NCBI GenBank assembly: GCA_024692825.1
Contig: JAILMB010000050.1
Location: forward strand, 686-64,685
From: Lachnospiraceae bacterium
Lineage (GTDB): Bacteria; Bacillota; Clostridia; Lachnospirales; Lachnospiraceae
DNA length: 64,000 bases
Direction of reading: 5' to 3'
The notes under the pieces are model-generated. The model was not told the DNA's origin, made no database searches, and saw only the letters and a list, made by a program, of their open reading frames with translations. Shown piece after piece: positions 40,189-50,868 of this stretch. Every line of letters starts with the position of its first letter. The first letter of the stretch is position 1. Made by a program: the position numbers and the translations under genes.

Positions 40189-41412
40189 ATGAGTTATGAT
40201 GTGCTTGTAATCGGAGGAGGAGCCTCTGGCATGATGGCAGCCATAGCTGCAAAGAAAAGTGGAGCAAAGGTTGGGATTCTTGAAAAGAATCCTCTCCTTG
40301 GAAAGAAGATTTTAGCTACCGGAAATGGTAGATGTAATTTTACCAATGAGTTTCAAGATGAGTCCTGTTACCGCAGTGGAAATCCCATACTTTCCAAAGA
40401 AGTATTAGAAGGATTCAATGTGGAACTTACCTTAATGGAGTTTTCAAAGATTGGCATTTTGGCGAAGTCGAAGGATGGATATTACTATCCTAGAAGCAAT
40501 CAGGCTGTTAGTGTACGTCATTGCTTTGAAAAAGCCATTCTTTCAAATGATATTGATTTTTTCCCAAATTCTGATGTGGTAAAAATCCAAACAAAAGAAG
40601 ATGGATTTCTTATTGAGACAAAAGAAACATCCTATGAAGGAAAGAAACTGATTCTTTGTACCGGTGGAAAAGCTTCTCCCAAAAGTGGTAGTGATGGAAG
40701 TGGATACAAATTTGCAAAAGGCATGGGACATCATATTATAAAACCTCTACCGGCTCTGGTTCAGCTTCATTGTAAGGAGAACTATTTTAAAAAATTAAAA
40801 GGGATTCGTTCCACAGGAAAGGTTTCTTTGCAAATTGATGGGGAAAAGGTGGCGTTTGACACAGGAGAGATTCAATTTACAAAAGACGGTATTTCAGGAA
40901 TTCCTGTATTTAATATTTCGCGATATGCAGTAAGAGCACTAGATCAAAAGAAGGATGTGGTTTGTTCCATAGACTTATTCCCGGATTTTACCTATGATGT
41001 GCTTTGTTCTCATTTAAGAAATCAGCTTATTTATCGAAGTTATCCTGTTACCATCTTAGATGGAATGATGGGAATGCTAAACGATCAGTTGATTCCGGTT
41101 CTTTTAAAGATTATGGGATTAAATGCCCTTGATTCTACAACGGTATTAGATGAACAGATGATTTTAGATATGGCATCCTTTTTAAAGGATTGGCAGGTTG
41201 TAATTGTTGGAAATCATGACTTTGAGTTTGCTCAGGTAACCAGTGGCGGAATCGACTTAAATGAAGTGAATCCCACAATGGAGTCGAAACTTCAAAAGGG
41301 ATTATTCTTTGCCGGAGAAGTATTGGATTTAGATGGTATTTGCGGAGGCTATAATCTGCAGTGGGCTTGGTCAAGTGGGTATATTGCAGGAAAAAACGCA
41401 GCGGAGCATTAA
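40189..41412 (+). CDS. HI0933/BaiN-family NAD(P)/FAD-dependent flavoprotein
   Basis: 407 aa. VIGGGASGMMAA dinucleotide motif, GNGRCN motif, and C-terminal FFAGEVLDLDGICGGYNLQWAWSSG. Confidence 0.85.
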   Translation: MSYDVLVIGGGASGMMAAIAAKKSGAKVGILEKNPLLGKKILATGNGRCNFTNEFQDESCYRSGNPILSKEVLEGFNVELTLMEFSKIGILAKSKDGYYYPRSNQAVSVRHCFEKAILSNDIDFFPNSDVVKIQTKEDGFLIETKETSYEGKKLILCTGGKASPKSGSDGSGYKFAKGMGHHIIKPLPALVQLHCKENYFKKLKGIRSTGKVSLQIDGEKVAFDTGEIQFTKDGISGIPVFNISRYAVRALDQKKDVVCSIDLFPDFTYDVLCSHLRNQLIYRSYPVTILDGMMGMLNDQLIPVLLKIMGLNALDSTTVLDEQMILDMASFLKDWQVVIVGNHDFEFAQVTSGGIDLNEVNPTMESKLQKGLFFAGEVLDLDGICGGYNLQWAWSSGYIAGKNAAEH

Positions 41413-41417
41413 GATAG

Positions 41418-43001
41418 ATGATAATTCTAAAACAGTTTAAGGTGCCGGTTACAAAGACACCCGAAGAAACATTAAGAGAAAAGATCATAAAAGAATTTAA
41501 GATTTCTAAAGAGGACCTAGAGACTGTAGAGATTCTTCGCCAGTCTGTAGATGCAAGAAAAAAGTCTAATTTATTTTATGTATACAATGTTTCCGTACAA
41601 CTGAAAAACAACGAAGATAAAATTTTAAAGAGAAAGTATAAGTTTAGCGTAGAGCCTTATTGCCCTACGCCTTATTCTGTTTCTGCAGCTTCTCAAAAGA
41701 ACAAAGGGAATATTGTAGTGATTGGAGCCGGTCCTGCCGGCTTGTTTGCTGCTTATTACTTAGCACTTTCCGGCTTAAAACCGATTCTATTGGAACGTGG
41801 AAAAAAGGTGGAAGAGCGTGAAGAGGATGTCTTAAATTTCTGGAAGGAAGGGAAACTGTTACTTTCTTCCAATGTGCAATTCGGTGAAGGAGGAGCGGGA
41901 ACTTTTTCCGATGGAAAATTAAACACTTTGGTAAAGGATAAAACCGGAAGAAATCGGTTTGTACTAGAAACCTTTGTGAAATTTGGAGCAGATGCATCCA
42001 TTCTCTACGACTTCAAACCTCATATTGGTACTGATGTTTTAATTACGGTAATTAGAAATTTGAGGAATGAACTACTTTCTTTGGGCTGTGAGATTCGCTT
42101 TGAAACAAAGGTTGAGGATTTTATCATTGAAGATCGAACATTAAAAGCTGTCCGATTGAAAAATGAAGAAGAAATCCCTTGTGAGGCCTGTGTATTAGCC
42201 ATTGGCCACAGTGCCAGAGATACCTTTGCTACCCTTTATCAAAGACAGGTAGATATGAAGGCAAAAGAATTTGCTATAGGTCTTCGCGTAGAGCATAAAA
42301 GAGACTTTATAGATGAGCACCAATATGGTCCTTATAAATCCATATTAGGGGCAGCACCTTATAAAGTTGCAACAAAGTTGGAAAATGGACGTGGAGTCTA
42401 CTCCTTTTGTATGTGCCCGGGAGGATATGTTGTTAATTCCTCTTCTGAAGAAGGCCTTTTAGCCGTAAACGGTATGAGCTATTCTGCCAGAGATGGCAAA
42501 AATTCAAATTCTGCCATTGTGGTTTCAGTGGGAAAAAATGAGTTTGATTTAAATGATCCTATGGCAGCGATTGCTTATCAGCGCTCCTTAGAGAAAAAAG
42601 CCTATGAATTAGGATCGGGAAAAATACCCCAGCAGTTATACGGAGATTTTCTTTGCAATAGACCTTCTAAAAGCTATGGAAGTTTTTCCTCTATGCATAA
42701 AGGAGATGCAGCATTTTGTGACTTGACTCCATTGTTTTCAAAGGATATTAAGGATTCATTTATAGAAGGAATGAATCGATTTGAACAAAAGATTTCTGGA
42801 TTTTCTAACGAAGAGATCATTCTATCAGGCGTAGAAAGCAGAACCTCATCTCCGGTTCGTATTACAAGAGATGAGAATTTTATATCGAATATTAAAGGCC
42901 TTTATCCCTGTGGCGAAGGGGCAGGATACGCAGGAGGAATCACCTCCGCTGCTATGGATGGGTTAAAAATCGGGGAAGAGATTGCTTCCCATTATGAATA
43001 G
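41418..43001 (+). CDS. FAD-dependent protein (COG2509-type uncharacterised dehydrogenase)
   Basis: 527 aa. N-terminal ferredoxin-like module, VIGAGPAGLFAA motif, GEGGAGTFSDGKL, and C-terminal PCGEGAGYAGGI. Confidence 0.8.
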   Translation: MIILKQFKVPVTKTPEETLREKIIKEFKISKEDLETVEILRQSVDARKKSNLFYVYNVSVQLKNNEDKILKRKYKFSVEPYCPTPYSVSAASQKNKGNIVVIGAGPAGLFAAYYLALSGLKPILLERGKKVEEREEDVLNFWKEGKLLLSSNVQFGEGGAGTFSDGKLNTLVKDKTGRNRFVLETFVKFGADASILYDFKPHIGTDVLITVIRNLRNELLSLGCEIRFETKVEDFIIEDRTLKAVRLKNEEEIPCEACVLAIGHSARDTFATLYQRQVDMKAKEFAIGLRVEHKRDFIDEHQYGPYKSILGAAPYKVATKLENGRGVYSFCMCPGGYVVNSSSEEGLLAVNGMSYSARDGKNSNSAIVVSVGKNEFDLNDPMAAIAYQRSLEKKAYELGSGKIPQQLYGDFLCNRPSKSYGSFSSMHKGDAAFCDLTPLFSKDIKDSFIEGMNRFEQKISGFSNEEIILSGVESRTSSPVRITRDENFISNIKGLYPCGEGAGYAGGITSAAMDGLKIGEEIASHYE

Positions 43002-43007
43002 ATTAGG

Positions 43008-45665
43008 ATGGAAATTATGGGCGAATATACACCAATGATGCAACAGTATCTGAAAACAAAAGAGGATTACAAAGACTGTATTTTATTTTACAGACTTGGT
43101 GATTTTTATGAGATGTTTTTTGACGATGCAAAGATTGTATCAAGAGAACTTGAACTTACACTGACAGGTAAGGCCTGCGGTATGGAAGAGCGTGCTCCCA
43201 TGTGCGGCGTACCTTTTCATGCAGTAGATAATTATTTGCCAAGACTGGTAAATAAGGGGTATAAGGTTGCAATCTGTGAACAGGTGGAAGATCCAAAGGA
43301 AGCTAAAGGAATTGTAAAAAGAGAAGTTATCCGTGTGGTAACACCTGGTACGAACATTGACTCCGCATCCTTAGATGAAACAAAGAATAATTTTATAATG
43401 TCTGTCGTATATCAAATTGATCGCTATGGACTTGCTTTCGCAGATGTATCTACAGGAGATTTCTTTTTAACAGAAGTGGACTCTAGTAGAAAACTATTTG
43501 ATGAATTAAACAAATACCATCCAACGGAACTGATTTGTAATGAAGCCTTTTTTATGAGTGGTATTTCTATTGATGAGCTAAGAAACCACTATCATTTGCT
43601 GGTAAGTTCCTTAGATGCCAGCTATTTTGAAGATAACTTTGTAAAAAGCCTTTTGCTTCGTCATTTTAAATGTTCTTCCCTTGAAGCACTTGGAATTGCT
43701 GATTTTCCAGCAGGCGTTGTAGCATCAGGTTCTTTACTTCAGTATTTAATGGATACGCAAAAAACAGAGCTTTCTCATATGAATCGTATCATTCCATATG
43801 TAAACGGAAATTATATGATGATTGATTCTTCCTCTAGAAGAAATCTAGAGCTGGTAGAAACCATGAGAGAAAAGGAAAAAAGAGGCTCTTTGCTTTGGGT
43901 CTTAGATAAGACAAAGACAGCCATGGGAGCAAGAACCCTTCGTTCTTTTATTGAACAGCCACTGATTGTAAAGGATGAAATTGTTAAAAGACAGGAAGGG
44001 GTTGCAGAGTTTAATAAACATCTCATTTCAAGAGAAGAACTTCGAGAATACTTAAATCCTGTTTATGATTTAGAGCGACTTATGACTCGTATTTCTTACC
44101 AATCCGCAAATCCTAGAGATTTGATTGCCTTCAAAAATTCCATTGGAGTTATTCCGGGAATAAAGGCAGTGCTTTCTGAGTTTAAAAGTGACATTATTAC
44201 TGGATTAAATGATGAACTTGATCCTTTGACAGATTTATATGCTCTTATTGATGAGGCAATTAAAGAGGATCCTCCTGTCTTAGTTCACGATGGTGGAATC
44301 GTAAAAGAAGGATTTAATGAGGAAGTGGATCGGCTGCGAAATGCCAAGACCGAAGGCAAGAGCTGGCTTGCAGAGTTAGAAGCCAAGGAAAAAGAAAAAA
44401 CGGATATTAAAAATCTTCGCATTAAATATAACAAGGTGTTTGGCTACTACTTAGAAGTTACAAATTCTTATTTGGATAAGGTTCCGGATTACTTTATTCG
44501 AAAACAAACGCTAACCAATGCAGAACGTTTTTATACCCCTGAGTTAAAAGAATTGGAAAATACCATTCTTGGAGCGGAAGAGCGATTGACTTCCCTAGAG
44601 TATGAACTTTATAAAAATATTTTGGATTCTATTAATTCACAGGTTTCCAGAATTCAAAAAACAGCTCGTGCCATTGCTCATTTAGATGTTTATCTGTCGC
44701 TTGCTTATGTAGCGGAAAAGAACCATTATGTTCGACCAAAGATTACAGAAGATGGAGCCATACGTATTGAAGGCGGAAGACATCCGGTAGTTGAAAAAAT
44801 GATGGACAATGATATGTTCATTAAAAACGATACGATTTTGGATGAAAAGAAGAATCGTGTATCCATAATTACAGGCCCAAATATGGCTGGTAAATCCACC
44901 TATATGAGACAGACGGCTTTGATTGTTTTGATGGCCCAAATCGGAAGCTTTGTTCCGGCGGATAAGGCAAGAATCGGTATTGTAGATCGTATTTTTACAA
45001 GAGTAGGAGCATCGGATGATTTGGCTTCCGGTCAGTCTACCTTTATGGTGGAAATGAATGAAGTGGCAAACATCCTAAAAAATGCCACCTCCAATTCGCT
45101 TTTGATTTTAGATGAAATCGGTCGAGGTACTTCCACCTTTGATGGTCTTTCCATTGCCTGGGCTGTGGTGGAGCATGTTGCCGATACCAAAATCCTAGGT
45201 GCAAAAACACTGTTTGCAACTCACTATCATGAATTGACAGAACTGGAAGGAAAATTAGATGGAGTCAACAACTATTGCATTGCTGTAAAAGAAAACGGTG
45301 ATGATATTGTATTCCTTCGTAAAATTGTTCCTGGTGGCGCAGATAAAAGTTATGGTATTCAGGTGGCAAAGCTTGCAGGAGTACCGGATTCCGTTACGGA
45401 TCGAGCAAAAGAAATTGTAAATGAATTAATCAAAAATGATATTGCTGACGTGGCAAGAAACATTGCCAATGAAAGCGCAGGTATAAAGACCAAACCTGTC
45501 ATTAAAACAGATGAAGTGGATTTGAATCAGATGACACTTTTTGATACCGTTTCTGATTCTGATATTATCCATGAAATCTCTGAACTTGATATTAAAAATC
45601 TAACTCCGATAGATGCATTGAACTTATTAAATGAACTTCAAAGTAAGGTGAATAATCGATGGTAG
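43008..45665 (+). CDS. mutS: DNA mismatch repair protein MutS
   Basis: 885 aa. TPMMQQY N-terminus, Walker A GPNMAGKST, and DEIGRGTSTFDG. Confidence 0.96.
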   Translation: MEIMGEYTPMMQQYLKTKEDYKDCILFYRLGDFYEMFFDDAKIVSRELELTLTGKACGMEERAPMCGVPFHAVDNYLPRLVNKGYKVAICEQVEDPKEAKGIVKREVIRVVTPGTNIDSASLDETKNNFIMSVVYQIDRYGLAFADVSTGDFFLTEVDSSRKLFDELNKYHPTELICNEAFFMSGISIDELRNHYHLLVSSLDASYFEDNFVKSLLLRHFKCSSLEALGIADFPAGVVASGSLLQYLMDTQKTELSHMNRIIPYVNGNYMMIDSSSRRNLELVETMREKEKRGSLLWVLDKTKTAMGARTLRSFIEQPLIVKDEIVKRQEGVAEFNKHLISREELREYLNPVYDLERLMTRISYQSANPRDLIAFKNSIGVIPGIKAVLSEFKSDIITGLNDELDPLTDLYALIDEAIKEDPPVLVHDGGIVKEGFNEEVDRLRNAKTEGKSWLAELEAKEKEKTDIKNLRIKYNKVFGYYLEVTNSYLDKVPDYFIRKQTLTNAERFYTPELKELENTILGAEERLTSLEYELYKNILDSINSQVSRIQKTARAIAHLDVYLSLAYVAEKNHYVRPKITEDGAIRIEGGRHPVVEKMMDNDMFIKNDTILDEKKNRVSIITGPNMAGKSTYMRQTALIVLMAQIGSFVPADKARIGIVDRIFTRVGASDDLASGQSTFMVEMNEVANILKNATSNSLLILDEIGRGTSTFDGLSIAWAVVEHVADTKILGAKTLFATHYHELTELEGKLDGVNNYCIAVKENGDDIVFLRKIVPGGADKSYGIQVAKLAGVPDSVTDRAKEIVNELIKNDIADVARNIANESAGIKTKPVIKTDEVDLNQMTLFDTVSDSDIIHEISELDIKNLTPIDALNLLNELQSKVNNRW

Positions 45666-47542
45666 AAACAAAGAGTATTGAACTTTTAAATCGGGAAACA
45701 ATTGATAAGATTGCTGCAGGAGAGGTAGTAGAACGACCGGCCTCTGTTGTAAAAGAATTAGTGGAAAATTCCATTGATGCCCATGCCAGTGCTATTACAG
45801 TGGAGATGAAAGACGGAGGCATTACCCTTCTTCGAGTTACAGATAACGGAGATGGAATCCGCCATGATGAAATTCAAAAAGCATTTTTGAGACATTCTAC
45901 CAGTAAAATACGTAGTGTAGAAGACTTAGATGACATTCGTTCCCTTGGCTTTCGAGGTGAGGCTCTGTCATCAATCTCTGCTGTTTCAAGAGTGGAATTG
46001 TTGACGAAGAAAAAGGATGAATTGACAGGCTCTTCCTATCGTATTGAAGGTGGAGAAGAAAAGGAGTTTAGTGAAATGGGAACTCCGGACGGAACGACCT
46101 TTTTTGTACGTCAGTTGTTTTACAATACTCCTGCCAGAAAGAAGTTTTTGAAATCCCCTATGACAGAGGGAAACTATGTTTCAGAAGTAGTGGAAAAACT
46201 AGCTATTTCTCATCCGGAGGTAGCATTTCGTTTGATTTCCAATGGATCTGAAAAATTCGCAACAGCCGGAAATGGAAATCTAAAAGATGTGATTTATCAG
46301 ATATATGGACGGGATATTACAAAAGAATTAATAGAAATCTCTGACGAGACTGCACATTTCCACGTTCATGGATATATTGGCTCCCCTTTGATTAATCGTG
46401 GAAACAGAGGCTATGAAAGCTTCTTTGTAAATGGTCGCTATGTGAAAAGTCAAACCTTAATGCGTTCGGTAGAAGCGGGGTATGAAGGCTTTTTGATGCA
46501 ACATCAATATCCCTTTGCAATTTTAAACTTGGATTTTTCTTCTCATGAAGTGGATGTAAATGTTCATCCTACAAAGCAGGAAGTGCGGTTTCAAAATAAT
46601 GATGTGATTGCTTGTGATTTAAAAGAATTAGTAGCGTTTAAACTAAAATATCGGGAAGATATTTCCACGGTTCCGTTAACGGAAGATGAGTCTTCGGAAA
46701 AGGAAGATGTGGCTATTAAAGGAGCAGAGCCTTTTGAAGTGAATCATCTGGCTGATTTTAAGGCACAGATTGAGGAAAACATTCTAAAAGACCAAGAAGA
46801 AGACAAGGCCATTGAGATTACAAAAGCATACCAGTCTATATCACTTGATTTAGAAGATAATATAAAGGCTGAAAAAACGGAAATGAAACAACCGACTTAT
46901 GAAGAAACCATAAGGACGGAAAAAACGAAATTTGTACAGCAGACCTTTTTGTCTGAAGAAAGCGTGAAACAGCATCGTATCATCGGTCAGGTCTTTGATA
47001 CCTTTTGGATGGTGGAATTTGATGATTGTCTCTACATTATTGACCAACATGCAGCCCACGAAAAAGTTCTCTTTGAACGAACCATGGCAAAGCTTAAGGA
47101 CAAGGTGATGACATCTCAGCAGATTTCCCCTCCGATTATTGTGTCTTTATCAGATATGGATTATACCCTTTTATTTGAAAATGAAGAAAGTTTCAAAAAA
47201 GTAGGTTATGAATTTTCATCCTTTGGAGGAAAGGAAGTTGCACTTACAGCCATTCCTGATAATCTCTATGGAATAGATGCAAAGGAGTTGTTTTTAAATA
47301 CCATTGCTTCTTTATCTGACCTTGGCAGAAGCTCAAGTTCCGATTTGATTTTGGAAAAAGTGGCATCCATGTCCTGCAAAGCAGCAGTAAAGGGCCATGA
47401 TCATTTATCGAGACCGGAGATAGAGACCTTGATTACGGATTTGTTATCTCTAGAAAATCCCTATCACTGTCCTCATGGAAGACCAACCATTGTTCGTATG
47501 ACTCACTATGAGTTAGACAAGAAATTTAAAAGGATATTGTAA
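45659..47542 (+). CDS. mutL: DNA mismatch repair protein MutL
   Basis: 627 aa. GHKL ATPase motifs (IAAGEVVERPASVVKELVENSIDA, DNGDGI, GFRGEAL) and a C-terminal endonuclease-type domain (QHAAHEK). Confidence 0.95.
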   Translation: MVETKSIELLNRETIDKIAAGEVVERPASVVKELVENSIDAHASAITVEMKDGGITLLRVTDNGDGIRHDEIQKAFLRHSTSKIRSVEDLDDIRSLGFRGEALSSISAVSRVELLTKKKDELTGSSYRIEGGEEKEFSEMGTPDGTTFFVRQLFYNTPARKKFLKSPMTEGNYVSEVVEKLAISHPEVAFRLISNGSEKFATAGNGNLKDVIYQIYGRDITKELIEISDETAHFHVHGYIGSPLINRGNRGYESFFVNGRYVKSQTLMRSVEAGYEGFLMQHQYPFAILNLDFSSHEVDVNVHPTKQEVRFQNNDVIACDLKELVAFKLKYREDISTVPLTEDESSEKEDVAIKGAEPFEVNHLADFKAQIEENILKDQEEDKAIEITKAYQSISLDLEDNIKAEKTEMKQPTYEETIRTEKTKFVQQTFLSEESVKQHRIIGQVFDTFWMVEFDDCLYIIDQHAAHEKVLFERTMAKLKDKVMTSQQISPPIIVSLSDMDYTLLFENEESFKKVGYEFSSFGGKEVALTAIPDNLYGIDAKELFLNTIASLSDLGRSSSSDLILEKVASMSCKAAVKGHDHLSRPEIETLITDLLSLENPYHCPHGRPTIVRMTHYELDKKFKRIL

Positions 47543-48486
47543 TGAAAAAACCTCTAGTAATTATAGCTGGTCCTACAGCTACCGGTAAAAGTAAATATTC
47601 GGTTCTGTTTTCCAAAAAACACAATGGGGCAGTCATTTCAGCAGATTCCATGCAGGTTTATAAACATATGGATATTGGGTCTGCAAAGATAACAAAAGAA
47701 GAGATGCAGGGAATAGATCACTATTTAGTGGATGTGTTAGAACCAAAGGAAGAGTTTCATGTTGCAAGATTTCAAAGTATGGCACAAGAAGCCTTAACAG
47801 ACATCTATCAAAAGAATGAGCTTCCTGTGGTTTGTGGTGGAACCGGATTTTATATTCAGGCTTTATTATACGGCATTGATTTTTCATCAGGAGAAGAAAA
47901 TACAGCTCTTCGAGATGAGCTTTTAACCTTTGCAAAAGAAAAAGGCGCCCATGCTCTTTTTGAACGGTTGCGTGAGATCGATCCAAAATCCTGTGAAACT
48001 ATTCATGAAAACAATGTTAAGCGGGTGATTCGCGCCATTGAATACTTTGAAATGACGAAAACTCCTATATCGAAACACAACGAAGAGGAACGGCAAAAAG
48101 AGTCCTTGTATAATTATGTCTTTTTTGTTCTAAATGATGATCGTCAAAAACTCTATGATGGCATAGAAAAGCGAGTAGATCTAATGGTAGAAAACGGCTT
48201 ATACGAGGAAGTAAAAGCCCTTCGGGATATGGGATATACAAAAGACTATGTTTCCATGCAGGGATTAGGATATAAAGAAGTGTTAGATGCTTTAGATGGA
48301 GAGATTTCCTTCGAAGAAGCCATTTATCGTATTAAAAGAGATACGAGACATTTTGCAAAGCGACAGTTGACCTGGTTTAAGAGGGAACGAGATGTCATCT
48401 GGATTGACAAAGAAAAGTTCCATTACAATGATGAAGAAATTCTTTCCTTTATGGAAAAGGAATGTGAAAAGAGGAATATTTTATGA
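47542..48486 (+). CDS. miaA: tRNA dimethylallyltransferase
   Basis: 314 aa. P-loop GPTATGKS, DSMQVYK and GGTGFY motifs. Confidence 0.95.
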   Translation: MKKPLVIIAGPTATGKSKYSVLFSKKHNGAVISADSMQVYKHMDIGSAKITKEEMQGIDHYLVDVLEPKEEFHVARFQSMAQEALTDIYQKNELPVVCGGTGFYIQALLYGIDFSSGEENTALRDELLTFAKEKGAHALFERLREIDPKSCETIHENNVKRVIRAIEYFEMTKTPISKHNEEERQKESLYNYVFFVLNDDRQKLYDGIEKRVDLMVENGLYEEVKALRDMGYTKDYVSMQGLGYKEVLDALDGEISFEEAIYRIKRDTRHFAKRQLTWFKRERDVIWIDKEKFHYNDEEILSFMEKECEKRNIL

Positions 48487-49775
48487 TAGATAAGTATGAA
48501 ATGTATGAAGAAATAGGCATTTCGAAAAAGGTTTATGAGTTTGGAGAAAAGGTTTTAAAAGAGCTGGAACCTCGATTTTTGGAGTTTGATAAAGTGGCTG
48601 AGTACAATCAGTTGAAAGTACTTCAGGCTATGAGAAAAAACAAGGTAAGTGCAGAATGCCTTCTTGGAACAACAGGATATGGCTACAACGATCTTGGCAG
48701 AGAAACTCTAGAGAAGGTTTATGCAGATACCTTTAAGGGAGAGGATGCTTTGGTTCGTCCTCAGATTACCTGTGGAACCCATGCCCTTGCACTGGCTTTA
48801 ATGTCAAATTTAAGACCGGGAGATGAACTCTTATCACCAGTAGGAAAGCCTTATGACACACTAGAAGAGGTAATTGGTATTCGACCTTCCCAGGGTTCTT
48901 TGGCAGAATATGGGGTTTCTTATCGTCAGGTGGATTTACTTTCCGATGGTTCCTTTGATTATGAAAATATTAAAAAGGCCATTAATGAAAAGACGAAATT
49001 AGTTACCATTCAACGTTCCAAAGGATATGCCATGCGTCCTTCTTTTTCCGTTGATCAGATTGGAGAGTTGATTCATTTTATCAAAGAGATTAAGCCGGAA
49101 GTCTTAGTTATGGTAGACAACTGCTACGGAGAATTTGTAGAGACAAAGGAACCTCTTGAAGTTGGAGCGGATATGATTGTAGGAAGCCTTATTAAAAATC
49201 CAGGAGGTGGATTGGCTCCAACAGGAGGTTATATTGTTGGTAAGAAAGAGTGTATTGAAAATGCTGCCCATCGATTGACATCTCCGGGACTTGGAAAAGA
49301 AGTAGGCGCTTCCCTTGGTATGAATCAAAGCTTATTCCAGGGATTTTTCATGGCACCAACCGTTACAAATTCAGCATTGAAGTCCTCTGTATTTGCAGCA
49401 AATCTATATGAGCGACTGGGATATTTTGTAGTGCCAAATGGCAGTGAATCTCGTCATGATATTATTCAGTCTGTGGAATTGAAATCCGAAGAAGCTTTGA
49501 TTGCATTTTGCAAAGGAATTCAGGCAGCAGCTCCTGTAGATAGTTATGTAACACCAGAGCCTTGGGATATGCCTGGATATGATGCAAAAGTAATTATGGC
49601 AGCAGGAGCATTTGTTCAGGGCTCATCCATTGAACTTTCTGCAGATGGACCTTTAAAAGAGCCTTACGCTGTGTATTTCCAGGGCGGATTAACCTGGTAT
49701 CACGGAAAAGTTGGAATCCTAATGTCCTTACAAAAACTTTGTGATGCGAACCTTGTTATGGATATTCCGTTATGA
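48483..49775 (+). CDS. Methionine gamma-lyase family (YnbB / 'aluminium resistance') PLP-dependent protein
   Basis: 430 aa. NQLKVLQA..., TTGYGYNDLGRETLE, LVRPQITCGTHA, and QRSKGY (PLP-lysine region). Confidence 0.8.
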   Translation: MIDKYEMYEEIGISKKVYEFGEKVLKELEPRFLEFDKVAEYNQLKVLQAMRKNKVSAECLLGTTGYGYNDLGRETLEKVYADTFKGEDALVRPQITCGTHALALALMSNLRPGDELLSPVGKPYDTLEEVIGIRPSQGSLAEYGVSYRQVDLLSDGSFDYENIKKAINEKTKLVTIQRSKGYAMRPSFSVDQIGELIHFIKEIKPEVLVMVDNCYGEFVETKEPLEVGADMIVGSLIKNPGGGLAPTGGYIVGKKECIENAAHRLTSPGLGKEVGASLGMNQSLFQGFFMAPTVTNSALKSSVFAANLYERLGYFVVPNGSESRHDIIQSVELKSEEALIAFCKGIQAAAPVDSYVTPEPWDMPGYDAKVIMAAGAFVQGSSIELSADGPLKEPYAVYFQGGLTWYHGKVGILMSLQKLCDANLVMDIPL

Positions 49776-49842
49776 TAAAATAACTAGGTTAAAAACATAA
49801 CTAATTCGACATAAACGTCGTTTTTATATCAGAGGAGGAATC

Positions 49843-50856
49843 ATGAGTAACGGTTACGGAATCGATTTGGGTACAGGGAATTTAAAAATCTATTCTCTTG
49901 CATCAGGAGAAGTTACAAATCAAAAAAATACCATTGCCATTGTAAACAAAAATGAAATGTATGCCTATGGTGATGATGCATATTCAATGTTTGAAAAGGC
50001 ACCTGAAACAATTAATGTTTCATTTCCAATTGTAAATGGAGTAATTGCAGATTTTGACAATATGCAAACAATGCTTTTAGAAGTTTTAGAGCATAATGTA
50101 AATGCTCGTTTAAAAGGATCAGATATTGTAATTGCAGTTCCTACAGATATTACAGAAGTAGAAAAGAAAGCATTTTACGATATGTTTGCCAAGACTAAAA
50201 TCAAGGCAAAGAGCATTTCTTTGTGTGAAAAGCCTTTAGCAGACGCCCTTGGAATGGATTTGGATATTACGGAACCAACAGGAGTTATGGTTGTAGATGT
50301 TGGTGCGGATACAACTGAGATTTCCGTTATTTCTTTAGGAGGATTGGTTCTTAGTGAATTATTACCTTATGGTGGAAACAAGTTAGATGAATCCATTGTG
50401 ACCTACTTAAAGAGAAAGTTTAATCTTTTGATTGGACAAAAGACTGCAAAGTCCTTAAAAGAAGAAATCGGTGCAGCAGTTGCCGGACAGAATGAAACAA
50501 TGCAGATTGTTGGTCGTGATGTGGTTTCCGGCCTTCCAATTGAAATGGATGTTGCTTCTGATATTGTATTTGAAGGTATCAAAGATGATTTAAATAACAT
50601 TTGTACCTCAATTAAAATGACGTTAGAGAAGGTTCCACCTGAACTTGCAAAGGATATTGTAAAATCTGGAATCTATTTAACTGGTGGCGGATCTTCTGTA
50701 AAGGAATTTGCTTCCTACATTACAACAGTGACAAATATTAAAGTAAATGTTGCTGAAAATGGAGAAGAAACCGTAGCGAAGGGACTTGGAAAAGTTTTAA
50801 GCGAAGAGAAATATCGTCGTTTTGGTTACAGCATGAAATCTAGAATTTTTAGTTAA
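49843..50856 (+). CDS. mreB: Rod shape-determining protein MreB (divergent)
   Basis: 337 aa actin-fold protein with GIDLGTGN, VNGVIADF, DVGADTTEISVISLGG and LTGGGS. Followed by mreC and mreD. Confidence 0.85.
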   Translation: MSNGYGIDLGTGNLKIYSLASGEVTNQKNTIAIVNKNEMYAYGDDAYSMFEKAPETINVSFPIVNGVIADFDNMQTMLLEVLEHNVNARLKGSDIVIAVPTDITEVEKKAFYDMFAKTKIKAKSISLCEKPLADALGMDLDITEPTGVMVVDVGADTTEISVISLGGLVLSELLPYGGNKLDESIVTYLKRKFNLLIGQKTAKSLKEEIGAAVAGQNETMQIVGRDVVSGLPIEMDVASDIVFEGIKDDLNNICTSIKMTLEKVPPELAKDIVKSGIYLTGGGSSVKEFASYITTVTNIKVNVAENGEETVAKGLGKVLSEEKYRRFGYSMKSRIFS

Positions 50857-50868
50857 CAGGAAGTTGCT

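Noticed and set aside
49805-49830. CGAC-ATAAAC-GTCG hairpin plus TTTTT after the ynbB-like gene, as a terminator, and TTCGAC/TATATC as an mreB promoter
   Set aside because: The stem is only 4 bp, and the hexamer spacing is 14 nt. Both are too weak to call.
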